From NCBI GenBank assembly GCA_000146465.1, contig CP001952.1: a DNA stretch of 64,000 bases. One strand, given 5' to 3'. The position numbers were made by a program, and so were the translations under genes. Positions 29,542-39,755 of this stretch are shown here, in pieces. Position 1 is the stretch's first letter. Each line of letters begins with the position of its first letter. The notes beneath the pieces were generated by a model, which was not told the DNA's origin, searched no databases, and saw only the letters and a program-made list of their open reading frames with translations.

Positions 29542-30420
29542 ATGATAAAAGAAATAGTAAAAAGGAAGGTTCTTCAACTATCGGATTACTACAACAAGTC
29601 TGAAATTTTGTTTCTTTTGGACTATAACCTAGAGGGTGGCAAGGAATTAAGATACAAGGCGTATATCCATGTTCTGAATGCACTGAATGGAGAGATGAAT
29701 GAAAAGAATCTTACGGTGGGATATACTATTGAATTACTCCAGGCAGCTCTACTTATTACAGACGACCTAATGGACAATTCGGAGGTGAGAAGAGAGAAGC
29801 CTTGCTACTATCTTAAGAGAGGAACAAAAGTGATTAAAGACGCTTTTTTTCTTTTAGGAGTTATAAGAAAGATGATAGACAAAAGGATGAAAAGGCCCTA
29901 TTCATACTCAATATTCAAGACCTGTATTGGACAAACACATGATACAATCCGAAAGACAAGGGCGGAATACAACATTGAAGCATATACTGCCATTGCGGAA
30001 AGTAAGACAGGTGCCTATACCTTTTACTTACCTGCCATCTTTGGGTATATATCTGCCAAAAAGAAGGAGCCAGAGTATCTTTGGGATTTCTGTAACCTCG
30101 GGGCTTTAATCTTTCAAATGCAGGACGATTATCTGAATTTCTTCCCCGAAAAATCCGGAAAATCGATGAATGATCTTGAGGAGATGAAGTGTACCTGGTT
30201 TACCTCAAAAATATCACAGATGAAAAATCCCGCTGTTGAAAGGTATTTTTCGAAGGGAGAAGTATCCTCGGATTTGCTCTCTATAGTAAAAGATCTTTTT
30301 AAGGAGTATTCCTTTACTCTTGATAAACTACTGGCAAGGCTTACCTTTGTGGTAGATGAAAATGGGAAGAAAGTACTTGGTGTTTTCATTTCATTTCTTG
30401 AAAAGAGAGCTCTGGTGTAA
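29542..30420 (+). CDS. ERG20: Farnesyl diphosphate synthase (polyprenyl synthetase)
   Basis: First DDxxD motif LLITDDLMDNSEVRR and second IFQMQDDYLNFF. Shortened to 292 aa. Confidence 0.8.
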   Translation: MIKEIVKRKVLQLSDYYNKSEILFLLDYNLEGGKELRYKAYIHVLNALNGEMNEKNLTVGYTIELLQAALLITDDLMDNSEVRREKPCYYLKRGTKVIKDAFFLLGVIRKMIDKRMKRPYSYSIFKTCIGQTHDTIRKTRAEYNIEAYTAIAESKTGAYTFYLPAIFGYISAKKKEPEYLWDFCNLGALIFQMQDDYLNFFPEKSGKSMNDLEEMKCTWFTSKISQMKNPAVERYFSKGEVSSDLLSIVKDLFKEYSFTLDKLLARLTFVVDENGKKVLGVFISFLEKRALV

Positions 30421-30535
30421 GCCTGGAACTTAGAGTATGGCAAGAGGATCGAAAAGGAAACAGATCTGAAATGCTCCCGTCCTTTTTCCGGCTAGAGATG
30501 GAATTATATTTATTGGAAGCGAACAACCCCTTGGC

Positions 30536-31918
30536 ATGAACTCCAATTTTTTCAATCAGCAAAACAGAGATGATAATAATCAGAAGAACCCATTTTTGAA
30601 CACACCTTTTGGATCTCAGCAAAATACATTTGGAAGCCAAATGAACAAGCCGAACATCTTTGGGAGCCAGCCTCAGCAGGGAGCCTTTGGGGCACAGCAA
30701 CCGGGAGGAATGTTTAATCCTTCATCATCTACAGGATTCGGAGGAAATGGACAGGGCTTTGGCTCACAAGGATTTCCTAATAAGCAAGACCAAAGTATTG
30801 GGTTTGGTTCACAGCAACCACAGGCTCAACCAACCTCTTTGTTTGGGAAGCCCGCAAGCATTCAGCCTAGTGGAAACACCTCAATATTTGGAGGCCAGAG
30901 CACTCTTCAACCATCAACAGACCTATTCAAGCCACAGACTGCCGTTCCTCCTTCTTCTGGGGTGTTTGGATCACACCAAGCAAGCAATACATTTGGGACA
31001 CAGTTTCAACCACAAACAAGTAACATCTTTGGAGCACAGGGAGCTGGAGTTGGGCAAGTTACTAACCCATTTACTACATCTGCACAGAATTCCCTTTCTG
31101 TTGGAACACAGTCTGCACCGAGTCAAGGGACGGAGTCTTCGGGAATAGGATCAATTAGCGGGGTAGGAACTTCACAGCCCCTTGGAGGAATTCCAGGCCT
31201 AAAACCCCAGGCAACACAGGCAGGAGGAAACAATCTCCAAGCTTCAAACCCATTTGCTAATACAACATCAAGCATGGCACCAGCTACGGGAATACAAAAT
31301 AATTCGCCTTCGTTTGCTGCACCAATGCAAGCTCCACATATTGGGAGTAACGAAACATTCAATTCACAAGCATCTCCCTCTACACCAGACACCTTGGGCC
31401 AGGCACTTGAGACAAAGGACTCAAGCTCTTCTGGCAGAAAGGCCAGAACACCTGCTTCTGTTTTCAATCAGCCTGTAGGAGAGAAGGGTGTGAGCTTCAT
31501 ACAAATGACACTTGGAGAGATTATACAACAGCAGACAAGAAAGCTCGAAGAAAACATAAGGGTCTTCAAAGAGAAGGCAAAGGAGGTTTTCGAGCAGGAC
31601 GAAAGAATAATCAGATCATTGAACAACTATAAGTTAATAAGAAACAAAATTGAAGAGGAAGAGCGTGTAATTGCAGAAACAGAAGAGAATGTGGACTTTT
31701 TTGAAAAGTGGCTGTGCAGCTTCCAGGAAGAGGTTCCTGAGGGGACTGGAGACGAGCTTCTAACATGTATTCGAGAATTCGAAAGAGTGTGCGACAAATA
31801 TAACAAGACTATTGAAACTCTCAAGGACGAAGAAGATGAAGTTATGTGTCTAGTTAACGAAAATTATAATCTCATAACCACTATCGAGGAGAAGCTTGAA
31901 CTTCTTGAGAAGTACTAA
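30536..31918 (+). CDS. NSP1: FG-repeat nucleoporin, Nsp1/Nup62-like
   Basis: The N-terminal ~330 aa contain more than 15 FG repeats (FGSQ, FGAQ, FGGN, IFGGQ, VFGS...) separated by polar Q/N/S/T spacers. The C-terminal ~120 aa form a coiled coil (IQQQTRKLEENIRVFKEKAKEVFEQDERII...) as in the Nsp1_C domain. Confidence 0.75.
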   Translation: MNSNFFNQQNRDDNNQKNPFLNTPFGSQQNTFGSQMNKPNIFGSQPQQGAFGAQQPGGMFNPSSSTGFGGNGQGFGSQGFPNKQDQSIGFGSQQPQAQPTSLFGKPASIQPSGNTSIFGGQSTLQPSTDLFKPQTAVPPSSGVFGSHQASNTFGTQFQPQTSNIFGAQGAGVGQVTNPFTTSAQNSLSVGTQSAPSQGTESSGIGSISGVGTSQPLGGIPGLKPQATQAGGNNLQASNPFANTTSSMAPATGIQNNSPSFAAPMQAPHIGSNETFNSQASPSTPDTLGQALETKDSSSSGRKARTPASVFNQPVGEKGVSFIQMTLGEIIQQQTRKLEENIRVFKEKAKEVFEQDERIIRSLNNYKLIRNKIEEEERVIAETEENVDFFEKWLCSFQEEVPEGTGDELLTCIREFERVCDKYNKTIETLKDEEDEVMCLVNENYNLITTIEEKLELLEKY

Positions 31919-32049
31919 GTAAAGGTATTTATTTCCTCTTCGAAAGAACTTCCATAAATCAATAAAATGCAGGCTCAGGTATGAACCCTTCTTTTTAACC
32001 GATTTTTCTAGAACTTTCAAAAGATAAAACAGGGCCTAGTGGTGTCCCC

Positions 32050-34044
32050 ATGGAGTTTGTTGGAGTTGACGTTGGAAACTATAAAACAGTAATAGCATCC
32101 TCCAAGGACAACGGAAAGGTGTATGGGGACGAGCAAGGAAAGAGGTCTATAAAGACCATAATGGAGCTTAGCATGCCGATACGACGGTTTGGAAATAGTG
32201 TGACCAATGACACAGAAAACTCGCTTGAAGTAAGAAGCAGAAGCTTCAGGGACTCTCTGTCGGACAAGAAGGATTGGGGGAATTTCGGGATGTTTATGAA
32301 GTATATTGATAGGGTAGTGAAAAGGAATACACCTACCCATCCTCCTGTGTGTATGACTATTCCGGTTTATTTTAAGGAAAAAGAAAGAAGAACCCTAGTG
32401 GATATTGCAAATGCTATGGGCTTCAAGCTTGAGGGGCTTGTCGCAGACATATCTGGAATGGGAATGTTTGCATGTGTCAGGAGAGAGGGTATGCCTAGCC
32501 AGTTCCTTCTTTTTGATTTCGGATATTCTAAGTCTACTGCTGGGATCTTTAGTTTTGAAAAGAACGTGTTCAAGCCTCTATATACCAAGGCTGTGAAGAT
32601 AGGATCTATGCAGTTTGATGAGAAGCTGATTGACATCATCATCGAAAAGCATTCTCTGGAAAAAAGCCAACTGATTCGAGAGAGAGTTAAAAGAAACCTT
32701 GACAAAATCAAAACAACACTGAACTCCACCAAGTGCTGCAGTATCCAACTGTTTATTACTGAAAACCCTTTGGAGGTGGTTGTTACACAGGATGAATACA
32801 AGGAAGCAGTTGAGACTTATCTAAATGATCTAGGTTCTTTTGTTGATTCTGTTATGGAAGAAACAAAGTTTGATGGGCTGATCGAGGTTGTTGGGGGAAA
32901 TTCAATTTCGTTTCTTATTAAGAATATGCTGAAAGATAAGATCAAATACCAGTCTACATTGGATGTTTCGGATGCCTCTGCCATCGGAGCAGCCCTCGGA
33001 CTTGCATGCAGATCCTTACGGGCAAGATATCTACTCCATGACATTGTTGGAAGAGAAATTTCCATAAAGATTGAAGGAGAGGATGTTAACCCCACAGTTA
33101 TTTTCAGTCCCACCGAACTGATTGAAGGAAATCCAAAGAAGATTACATACAATAGAAAGGGAAGCTTTGGAATAGAAATTCTAGAGGATGGGGAAGTTAT
33201 TTCGACTCTTGAAATCCAGAAGATGGAGACAGAGGAGCCAAAGGCAATCCATGTGTCTTTTTCGATAGGAAAGTTTGGAACAGTATGTGTAACCTCTGTG
33301 GAATGTGAAGATTCTGTAGATTACAAATACAAGCCTTTCGGGCTGTCGGAGATTGACATGGACGATATTAAGGCACTAGAGATAAAGTATCGAGACGAGG
33401 AGTTGGGCCTTGAAAGAATAGGAGCAATGAGAAATGAGCTAGAAACTATGGCAGTAGGGCTTGGGGATGTTTTATATAGTAGATTTGGAGATATAATAAG
33501 TGAAGACGAGCTAAATACTGTCAAGGAAGTGGCCATGGACTTGTTTGACATGGCACAATCCGAGACTGTAGCCCAAGAAGAGGAGGTTAGGAATTCCATC
33601 TTATCGAGGTTTGAATTTGTGTCGAAGAAGCTTAGCGACTATGAGGATGCGGTGTCTGAGGACCTTAGGAAGCACAAGGAAGCCATCGAAGAGTTCAAAA
33701 GAGAAAACTCCAAGGTTTTTACACCTAGTTTCTACAAGTTGCAGGGGCTTCTTTACAAACTAGACGAGTATCTCAAGACCTTTGATCTGAATTTATTTAA
33801 TGTAGAATCGTTTGATGGAAACTTTATAACCGAGGTCAAAAGTGACATCCAGAAGTATCTAGAAAAGGCTAAAGCGGAGGTTGAAGAGAAGAAAAGAGAG
33901 GCCGAGAAGGAAAAGGAGAAAGAAGATGAAAAGACCAAAGAAAAATCCGAAGAAGATACTAGTGATGACTCAAAGAATAAGAAAGAGTCTGAAAGTAAAG
34001 ATAATAGCCATGAGGAATCTGATGTTGCAAGCATCGATGAATAA
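32050..34044 (+). CDS. Hsp70-superfamily chaperone, Hsp110/Sse-like
   Basis: 664 aa. The N-terminal actin-like ATPase (FVGVDVGNYKTVIA, then DFGYSKSTAGIFSF) resembles Hsp110 more than canonical Hsp70. An acidic K/E-rich C-terminal tail is present. CCCC lies immediately 5' of the ATG. Confidence 0.7.
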   Translation: MEFVGVDVGNYKTVIASSKDNGKVYGDEQGKRSIKTIMELSMPIRRFGNSVTNDTENSLEVRSRSFRDSLSDKKDWGNFGMFMKYIDRVVKRNTPTHPPVCMTIPVYFKEKERRTLVDIANAMGFKLEGLVADISGMGMFACVRREGMPSQFLLFDFGYSKSTAGIFSFEKNVFKPLYTKAVKIGSMQFDEKLIDIIIEKHSLEKSQLIRERVKRNLDKIKTTLNSTKCCSIQLFITENPLEVVVTQDEYKEAVETYLNDLGSFVDSVMEETKFDGLIEVVGGNSISFLIKNMLKDKIKYQSTLDVSDASAIGAALGLACRSLRARYLLHDIVGREISIKIEGEDVNPTVIFSPTELIEGNPKKITYNRKGSFGIEILEDGEVISTLEIQKMETEEPKAIHVSFSIGKFGTVCVTSVECEDSVDYKYKPFGLSEIDMDDIKALEIKYRDEELGLERIGAMRNELETMAVGLGDVLYSRFGDIISEDELNTVKEVAMDLFDMAQSETVAQEEEVRNSILSRFEFVSKKLSDYEDAVSEDLRKHKEAIEEFKRENSKVFTPSFYKLQGLLYKLDEYLKTFDLNLFNVESFDGNFITEVKSDIQKYLEKAKAEVEEKKREAEKEKEKEDEKTKEKSEEDTSDDSKNKKESESKDNSHEESDVASIDE

Positions 34045-34105
34045 AGTATGACATAATTTGCTTTTATTAGGCTTTTTTTGCAAAATCCTTCTTTGGATCT
34101 CTTTG

Positions 34106-34801
34106 TTAGGAGGTCTGCTTGGTCTCTGGGAACATTTCTCCCTTTTCCTCAAAGCCAAAGTAGTTCTTTTGTATGAGACTTTGGTACATCTTCAGGGTTG
34201 TTGTAAATACCAGTCCAGCCAGTAAGAACAGAATTCCTCCAAGCAGTGCCCTTGTCCCGAAGTCTCTAGTAACTGGAAGATTCTCCTCCCCATCCTTTGG
34301 AATGATTTTTTCCTTGATATTGAAGTTGATTATTTTCCTTCTACCATCATCAATGACTCTTTTCTTTATGAGAAAAAGGTCTCTGTATCTTCTGTGGTCA
34401 ACATTGTTACGTTCCAGGGTGTTTACAATCTTGTTGTGAAGGTCAGGACTCATGTCTGCCATCTCACGGTGGATCAGGTCGTTAATACTCTCGGGATTAA
34501 TCTTAAACTTTCCTATTCTCAGAGATTTGATGGCTCCAGCAGGAGATTCAGCTTTACTTGAGTCTAAGGTAGAAAAGTCAAGATCTTTGCTCTTTTCGCC
34601 AACAATGGTCTCTTTTGAGGCGTTGTTTTCCCCAGCCTCAAGCAAGTTGGACTCACTCACGGATATCATCGAGGATTCTCCATTGTAGTCGGAATAGGCC
34701 TCCCTGTTACTTATTCTGTCTATGTATGGGATAAGATTTTGGTTGTAGTACTCTGCAATTGCAGTAACCGAGCCAAGTATTAAGAATGTATTGAATAACA
34801 T
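34106..34801 (-). CDS. Hypothetical protein with an N-terminal signal peptide and a C-terminal TM anchor
   Basis: The N-terminal MLFNTFLILGSVTAIA is hydrophobic and the C-terminal LLGGILFLLAGLVFTTTL is a TM segment. No recognisable domain. Confidence 0.4.
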   Translation of the reverse strand: MLFNTFLILGSVTAIAEYYNQNLIPYIDRISNREAYSDYNGESSMISVSESNLLEAGENNASKETIVGEKSKDLDFSTLDSSKAESPAGAIKSLRIGKFKINPESINDLIHREMADMSPDLHNKIVNTLERNNVDHRRYRDLFLIKKRVIDDGRRKIINFNIKEKIIPKDGEENLPVTRDFGTRALLGGILFLLAGLVFTTTLKMYQSLIQKNYFGFEEKGEMFPETKQTS

Positions 34802-34898
34802 TTTCGATTCATTTCATCGATATTTTAAGCACTGTTGAAACACGGGGCTAACGCGGTTTCACATCAGAGAAAAAGTTACAGTTGTATCAAAGAATATT

Positions 34899-35213
34899 TT
34901 AATTCCTGTTTTTCAATCCAGAAATTGGACCCTTAGATGCTAAACCTGAGTGTCTTCCCCTCAAGAAATGGTTGGCCGATATTTTAAAAGGACTTAAACC
35001 GCTTCTAGACACTAGGCTACTCCCTTGTTGGTCTAGGACTTCTCCTGTGTTATTGTCGTCAGATCCGCTTTCCGACGGCATAGCCATCTCGCTTCCTCCT
35101 GTGCCTTTCGTATGAGGTATATCAATGGTCTTGTTCTGATTGTTCATTAAGGACACCACAAGTGTCATGGTGGAGACAATCAGAGTTAGCAGACTTATTA
35201 TAAATTTTAACAT
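34899..35213 (-). CDS. Small hypothetical protein with a signal-anchor sequence (104 aa)
   Basis: The N-terminal IISLLTLIVSTMTLVVSLM is followed by a G/S-rich polar tail. Confidence 0.3.
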   Translation of the reverse strand: MLKFIISLLTLIVSTMTLVVSLMNNQNKTIDIPHTKGTGGSEMAMPSESGSDDNNTGEVLDQQGSSLVSRSGLSPFKISANHFLRGRHSGLASKGPISGLKNRN

Positions 35214-35259
35214 AAACTTTGCATCTTTCCAAATTAAATACTACGAATGAAACAAAGCC

Positions 35260-35784
35260 TCATCTACCTGAGACAAACTTGTCAAACAGTATCAAGATGC
35301 ATACAAGTATAAAGACAAGGAGGGCCGCTAAGACTAGAAATCCTTCGATTTTTTCCTGTCTTTGGCTCTCCTTGAGTTTTTTTCTTGTGTCCATTAGAGC
35401 TTTTTCGATGTCAGTGTTCGTATAGTTCAATCCCATGAGCTTTAAGGTACTTTTCCCTAATATTTGTTGATTGGAATCGGCCTTTCCTATTTGTCTGTGA
35501 ACAAGCTTTATTGTATTCTCTAGTTCATCGATGTTCTCCATACTTTCAGAAGTTTCCTTGTGCTCTTGAATGATCCTGTATACTTTATTTCTCCAATCTT
35601 TAACTTTGTTCTTAGACAGGTCATCGTATTCTCCTCTCTCGTAGAGATCCTTCTCATAATCTCTTATCATTGTCTGTATAAGCGACACATGGTTTCGAAG
35701 GTCTTCTTGAGAAGCAAACTCTTTTTTCAAGAGCTCTTCGTTTATCTTCTTCTCCATTCCTTGGGGCAAGGTAAGGAATGACAC
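35260..35784 (-). CDS. Tail-anchored coiled-coil membrane protein (possible SNARE-like)
   Basis: 174 aa. Helical heptads lead directly into a C-terminal TM segment (GFLVLAALLVFILVCILILF). Confidence 0.35.
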   Translation of the reverse strand: MSFLTLPQGMEKKINEELLKKEFASQEDLRNHVSLIQTMIRDYEKDLYERGEYDDLSKNKVKDWRNKVYRIIQEHKETSESMENIDELENTIKLVHRQIGKADSNQQILGKSTLKLMGLNYTNTDIEKALMDTRKKLKESQRQEKIEGFLVLAALLVFILVCILILFDKFVSGR

Positions 35785-35844
35785 TCTAAGGGAGATGCTG
35801 AAAAAAGCAGTTTAGATAGAAAATTAAAATCTACAAGAAAGCTT

Positions 35845-37251
35845 CTATTTATTTGCCACTCCCTCTTCTTGGGATTCTATTATTGCTTTCTTTTCTTGAT
35901 CTGTGCTATGCCTGGATATCCGGTCCAGAATGAAGTATTTGTAGACAAATAATCCCGTGGTTACAGACGCAAAGCAGATATTTACAAAGAAGAACAACTT
36001 ATAGTTTGCAGCTCTATCTTCTATAGGAATGTCCTTTCCTTTCATCTTGTCTTCGGAGAAAAGATTTCCAAATACAAGAGAGGTAGCAAGAGATCCAAGA
36101 GCCGTGAAGGTTCCGTGGTAGATCATCTGAGAAGTGGATTTGAGATGTGGAGGGCAAAGGTTCATGGCTAGTTGAACTGCAGATGGCTGAAGAAGCCCAA
36201 AGTATACACCCCTTGTAAGTTCAATAAGGCAACAGTACAAAAACACATTAGGATCGTCGTAGTCTAATACGAAATAGCATCCGACCCTGAGTATCTGGAA
36301 AAGTTGAGCAATGAAAAAGGGCCAGACTAGCCCAATTCTTTTGCTTATAGCAGGGAAATTATAAAGCATTATAACTTCAAAAACCATTCCACACATGGTT
36401 GTTGTGGCTACTGGAGATTCATTAAAAAAGCCAACTAAAGATTGAAGCCAGGAGGGCCATGTGTCAGGGAGATCGTATCCTTTGATCTGTAACACATCTG
36501 TTAGATATACTGTATGGTATATAGACAATGCCTGTCTTGTTATTCCGTTCAAAAGTATCATGAGTATGAAGAACAGATAAGATCTGTTTCTCATTAGTTC
36601 CTTGCAGTTTGCAGTTATATCTCTCCTAACAGCCCTTCCCTCGCTTGCAGGAGATTTGAGCAAGAGAAACACTAAGGATGCCGATATAGCAGTGGTCACT
36701 AAAGAGTAGTATCTCAGATTCTCAAATTTGAAATCATCTCCAAACTTGATGCATTTTTCTATTACCTTACAAGACAAACCGTATCCTGCCGTTCCCCACA
36801 ATTTCTGCTTTCCGTAGGCTCGGGCCCCCGCCTCAGGAATCCCATTCAGGTAATCTAATACAGCCTTGTCGAGCAATGGAGGAATCCCATTATTAAAAGC
36901 CATGTAAAGGAGAAAGTTGATCCAGAACATCCCCGGAAAGATACCTACATACAAATCCACATAGAACAGCTGAAGAAGAGCGCAGGTAAGAAGAAGAGCA
37001 CCAACTATAAATAGATGGGATCTTCCGAATTTGTCATTCATCGTACCAATGAAAATATTGGTAAAGAATATTGTCCCAAGCATCGGGCCCATGTATTTTG
37101 CAAGATCCCCGTCCGAGGCTCCAAACTTCTTTTTTGCAAATACCCCTCTGAACTGATGAAGAGTGTAGTACTGGAGATTCACAAAAAAGTACAAAATTTT
37201 TGGCGTAATTAGAAACTTCCTGTTTAGTTTTTTTATAGACTCTATCATCAT
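35845..37251 (-). CDS. MFS transporter, paralogue 1 of a tandem pair
   Basis: 468 aa, about 12 TM segments. Shares blocks with the adjacent gene (QYYTLHQFRGVFAKKKFG / TMNDKFGRSHLFIVGALLLTC / KQKLWGTAGYGLS). Confidence 0.7.
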   Translation of the reverse strand: MMIESIKKLNRKFLITPKILYFFVNLQYYTLHQFRGVFAKKKFGASDGDLAKYMGPMLGTIFFTNIFIGTMNDKFGRSHLFIVGALLLTCALLQLFYVDLYVGIFPGMFWINFLLYMAFNNGIPPLLDKAVLDYLNGIPEAGARAYGKQKLWGTAGYGLSCKVIEKCIKFGDDFKFENLRYYSLVTTAISASLVFLLLKSPASEGRAVRRDITANCKELMRNRSYLFFILMILLNGITRQALSIYHTVYLTDVLQIKGYDLPDTWPSWLQSLVGFFNESPVATTTMCGMVFEVIMLYNFPAISKRIGLVWPFFIAQLFQILRVGCYFVLDYDDPNVFLYCCLIELTRGVYFGLLQPSAVQLAMNLCPPHLKSTSQMIYHGTFTALGSLATSLVFGNLFSEDKMKGKDIPIEDRAANYKLFFFVNICFASVTTGLFVYKYFILDRISRHSTDQEKKAIIESQEEGVANK

Positions 37252-37495
37252 TCTCCAAACATGAACTTTTATTTATAGATTTCTAGTAAATTAAATTTAA
37301 TATATTTAAGGAGTACATCAACTTTATATTTAGAGTCAAAAATCTTTCCCATCAAATTAATTTTTGATATTCATTGGACGGCGCGGAATTATTGCCAAGA
37401 TAGCCTTGGTTAGGTTCTTTTCTCGCTTTTTTTTCGGCTTTGGGTAGTACCAAATGGCGCTTTGATATTTTACTTCAAAGGCGGTTTGATTTCAT

Positions 37496-38962
37496 TTATG
37501 CTTTTTGAGATATTCTTCTACAGAAAAAAAGAACATTGAGTGGCTTCTTATCTCTAACTCCATACTTAATAAGGAAAAGAAAGATTGAGATGGTAGTGAC
37601 AAGGATGTTTGACATAAAAAATATCCTAAATGACTCGATTCTCCTGGCAATAATCTCTTCTGGGTCTAAGGTTTCATTGTTTCTGAATACATACCGGAAA
37701 TAGAGCCCCGCTGTTACTGAACTAATAGCGGTAAATGCACCGTTGTATATCATCTGAGATGTAGCCTTTAGATGAGGGGGACATAATTTCTCGGCCAGTT
37801 GCACTCCAGCCCCATGGGAGAGGCCGAAATTTATTCCCTTAAATATCTCAAACATACAACAAAAGGCGAACACATGTGGATTAGTAGGAGGGAGAATAAG
37901 ATACAGTACAAATCGGATCGTCTGGGATATCTGAGAAAGAAGTAGTGGCCAGAGAAGACCTGTTTTCTTGGAGACTATATCGAAATAAAACAGAATTCCT
38001 ATTTCGAGGGAGATTTCAAACATGGTGATAGTCCCAAATGGAAAGTTGTTAAGAGCCCATAAACTGCTTCTTACCCATGCAGGCCAAGATGCAGGGAGTA
38101 TGTATGGTTTCACTTTAAGTACATACTTAACATAGATCGGAAGGTAAAGTGTCATTGCAGCACGCGTGAATCCATTCAGGAAAATTATAAGTATGAAAAA
38201 CAAATACTCTCTATTTCTCAGTAATTCCTTCCATTCAGACATAATGTTGTAACTGGGTCCTCTGCACTCGCTTTTTGAATCCTCTAAAAGTGTAGCCACC
38301 AGAATGACTGCGATTATTGTTGTCGCAAGAGAATAGTATCTGAGACCTGAGAAATCAATTCCACTTTTGGAATTCGTTGTTCTTATGATTCCCTCAAGAG
38401 CAAAGATGCTGATCAAATACCCGGCTGTCCCCCAGATTCTCTGCTTTCCATAGGCCTTGGTGTTTTCATCTGAAAACTTGTTTAGATAGTCCAGCACAAT
38501 CTTGTCCAGTAAGGCCATGATTGGCGTATTAGTTCCTAGATAAGCAAATAGATTTATCCAGAACATAGAGCGGACTCCTTTGAAATATCTTTCTATATAG
38601 AACAGCTGGAAAAAAATACAGGATAGAGACAACAGGGCAACCATGAAGATCTTTGGCCTTCCAAACTTATCGTTCATTGTTGCGAGAAGTATGTTGGTGA
38701 AGAAAGTCACAAACAATAAGATCCCCATTGCACCCAACTCGCTTTCTCCAATTCCAAACATTTCTTTAGCAAACAGAGGCCTGAACTTGTGCAATGTGTA
38801 GTACTGCATGCTAATCGCAACATATAAGGCCTTTGGACCTAGTAGATATTTCTTGTTTAACCTTGAAAGTAGATCCATCCTAGAGATTGAAGGGGGCCTT
38901 TTATTATTTTGATTCACCAATTTTGAAAAATTTTGATGAACTTTGACTCTTGGGATTTCCAT
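37496..38962 (-). CDS. MFS transporter, paralogue 2 of a tandem pair
   Basis: 488 aa. Blocks QYYTLHKFRPLFAKEMFG / TMNDKFGRPKIFMVALLSLSC / KQRIWGTAGYLIS are collinear with 35845-37251, at roughly 35-40% identity by eye. Confidence 0.7.
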   Translation of the reverse strand: MEIPRVKVHQNFSKLVNQNNKRPPSISRMDLLSRLNKKYLLGPKALYVAISMQYYTLHKFRPLFAKEMFGIGESELGAMGILLFVTFFTNILLATMNDKFGRPKIFMVALLSLSCIFFQLFYIERYFKGVRSMFWINLFAYLGTNTPIMALLDKIVLDYLNKFSDENTKAYGKQRIWGTAGYLISIFALEGIIRTTNSKSGIDFSGLRYYSLATTIIAVILVATLLEDSKSECRGPSYNIMSEWKELLRNREYLFFILIIFLNGFTRAAMTLYLPIYVKYVLKVKPYILPASWPAWVRSSLWALNNFPFGTITMFEISLEIGILFYFDIVSKKTGLLWPLLLSQISQTIRFVLYLILPPTNPHVFAFCCMFEIFKGINFGLSHGAGVQLAEKLCPPHLKATSQMIYNGAFTAISSVTAGLYFRYVFRNNETLDPEEIIARRIESFRIFFMSNILVTTISIFLFLIKYGVRDKKPLNVLFFCRRISQKA

Positions 38963-39063
38963 TAGATGTTCTATGTGCTCCTTTATATTAAGTTAATTGG
39001 TTAATTCCAGAGTGAAGAGGGGTAGCTTAGAAGTACAAAAACTACAGCCCATAGATAGAGGGC

Positions 39064-39660
39064 ATGGAGAAGAAGGTTAAGGCAGGTTTAGTGAATAGTG
39101 TTTTAATTTCCATAATTATTATTCTCGGGATCATAATCACGCATCTTTCGTTTTACAATAGCCTCCGGGATATGATTTTCAAGAATCCAGAGAATATAAT
39201 TCTAATGAACAAAAGGGACATAGAAAAAAATATCTATGGAGATAGAATGAAAATCCAGATTCCTCCCGAGAGCCTATCTGAGGAAATGTGGGCGGGGTTT
39301 GAAAGCTTGTGCACAAATGCAATTATAATTGTCTCCCAGGGAGACTATGTTAAGGTCTTCAATATTATCTCTAGAAAGATGAACCAGTATAAACATAACG
39401 AATACATTAAGCATCTAGAAAGTATTGGAAATTATCTGTTTTTCTTGAACAACTCCAATTATAGCATTCGCAACTTTCTAAGAGATTCATTGGGATATGA
39501 CGGGCGAAACGTAATTGAGGATTCCCCCATGATATATGGATGTCTAATACTTCCTAACACAGATGGAGGACTCAAATTCATGTCGAAGTCAAAGATAATG
39601 GATGTCAACTGCAATTGGGAAAATATTATGGGATATATATATCTCGACCAGAATATGTGA
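39064..39660 (+). CDS. Hypothetical protein with an N-terminal signal-anchor sequence
   Basis: 198 aa. N-terminal hydrophobic segment LVNSVLISIIIILGIIITHL. No recognisable domain. Confidence 0.35.
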   Translation: MEKKVKAGLVNSVLISIIIILGIIITHLSFYNSLRDMIFKNPENIILMNKRDIEKNIYGDRMKIQIPPESLSEEMWAGFESLCTNAIIIVSQGDYVKVFNIISRKMNQYKHNEYIKHLESIGNYLFFLNNSNYSIRNFLRDSLGYDGRNVIEDSPMIYGCLILPNTDGGLKFMSKSKIMDVNCNWENIMGYIYLDQNM

Positions 39661-39755
39661 GTACGAAATAAATTATATCGGCACATATGGTTTTATTAGT
39701 CTGGGATTAGTCTCTGTGGAGACCTAAGAATAAATAAAAATTACCTGGGAAGGGC

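Noticed and set aside
30536-31100. FG-repeat region of the nucleoporin as a nucleotide-level tandem repeat or mobile element.
   Set aside because: The repeats are degenerate at the DNA level and periodic only at the protein level, where they form FG motifs.
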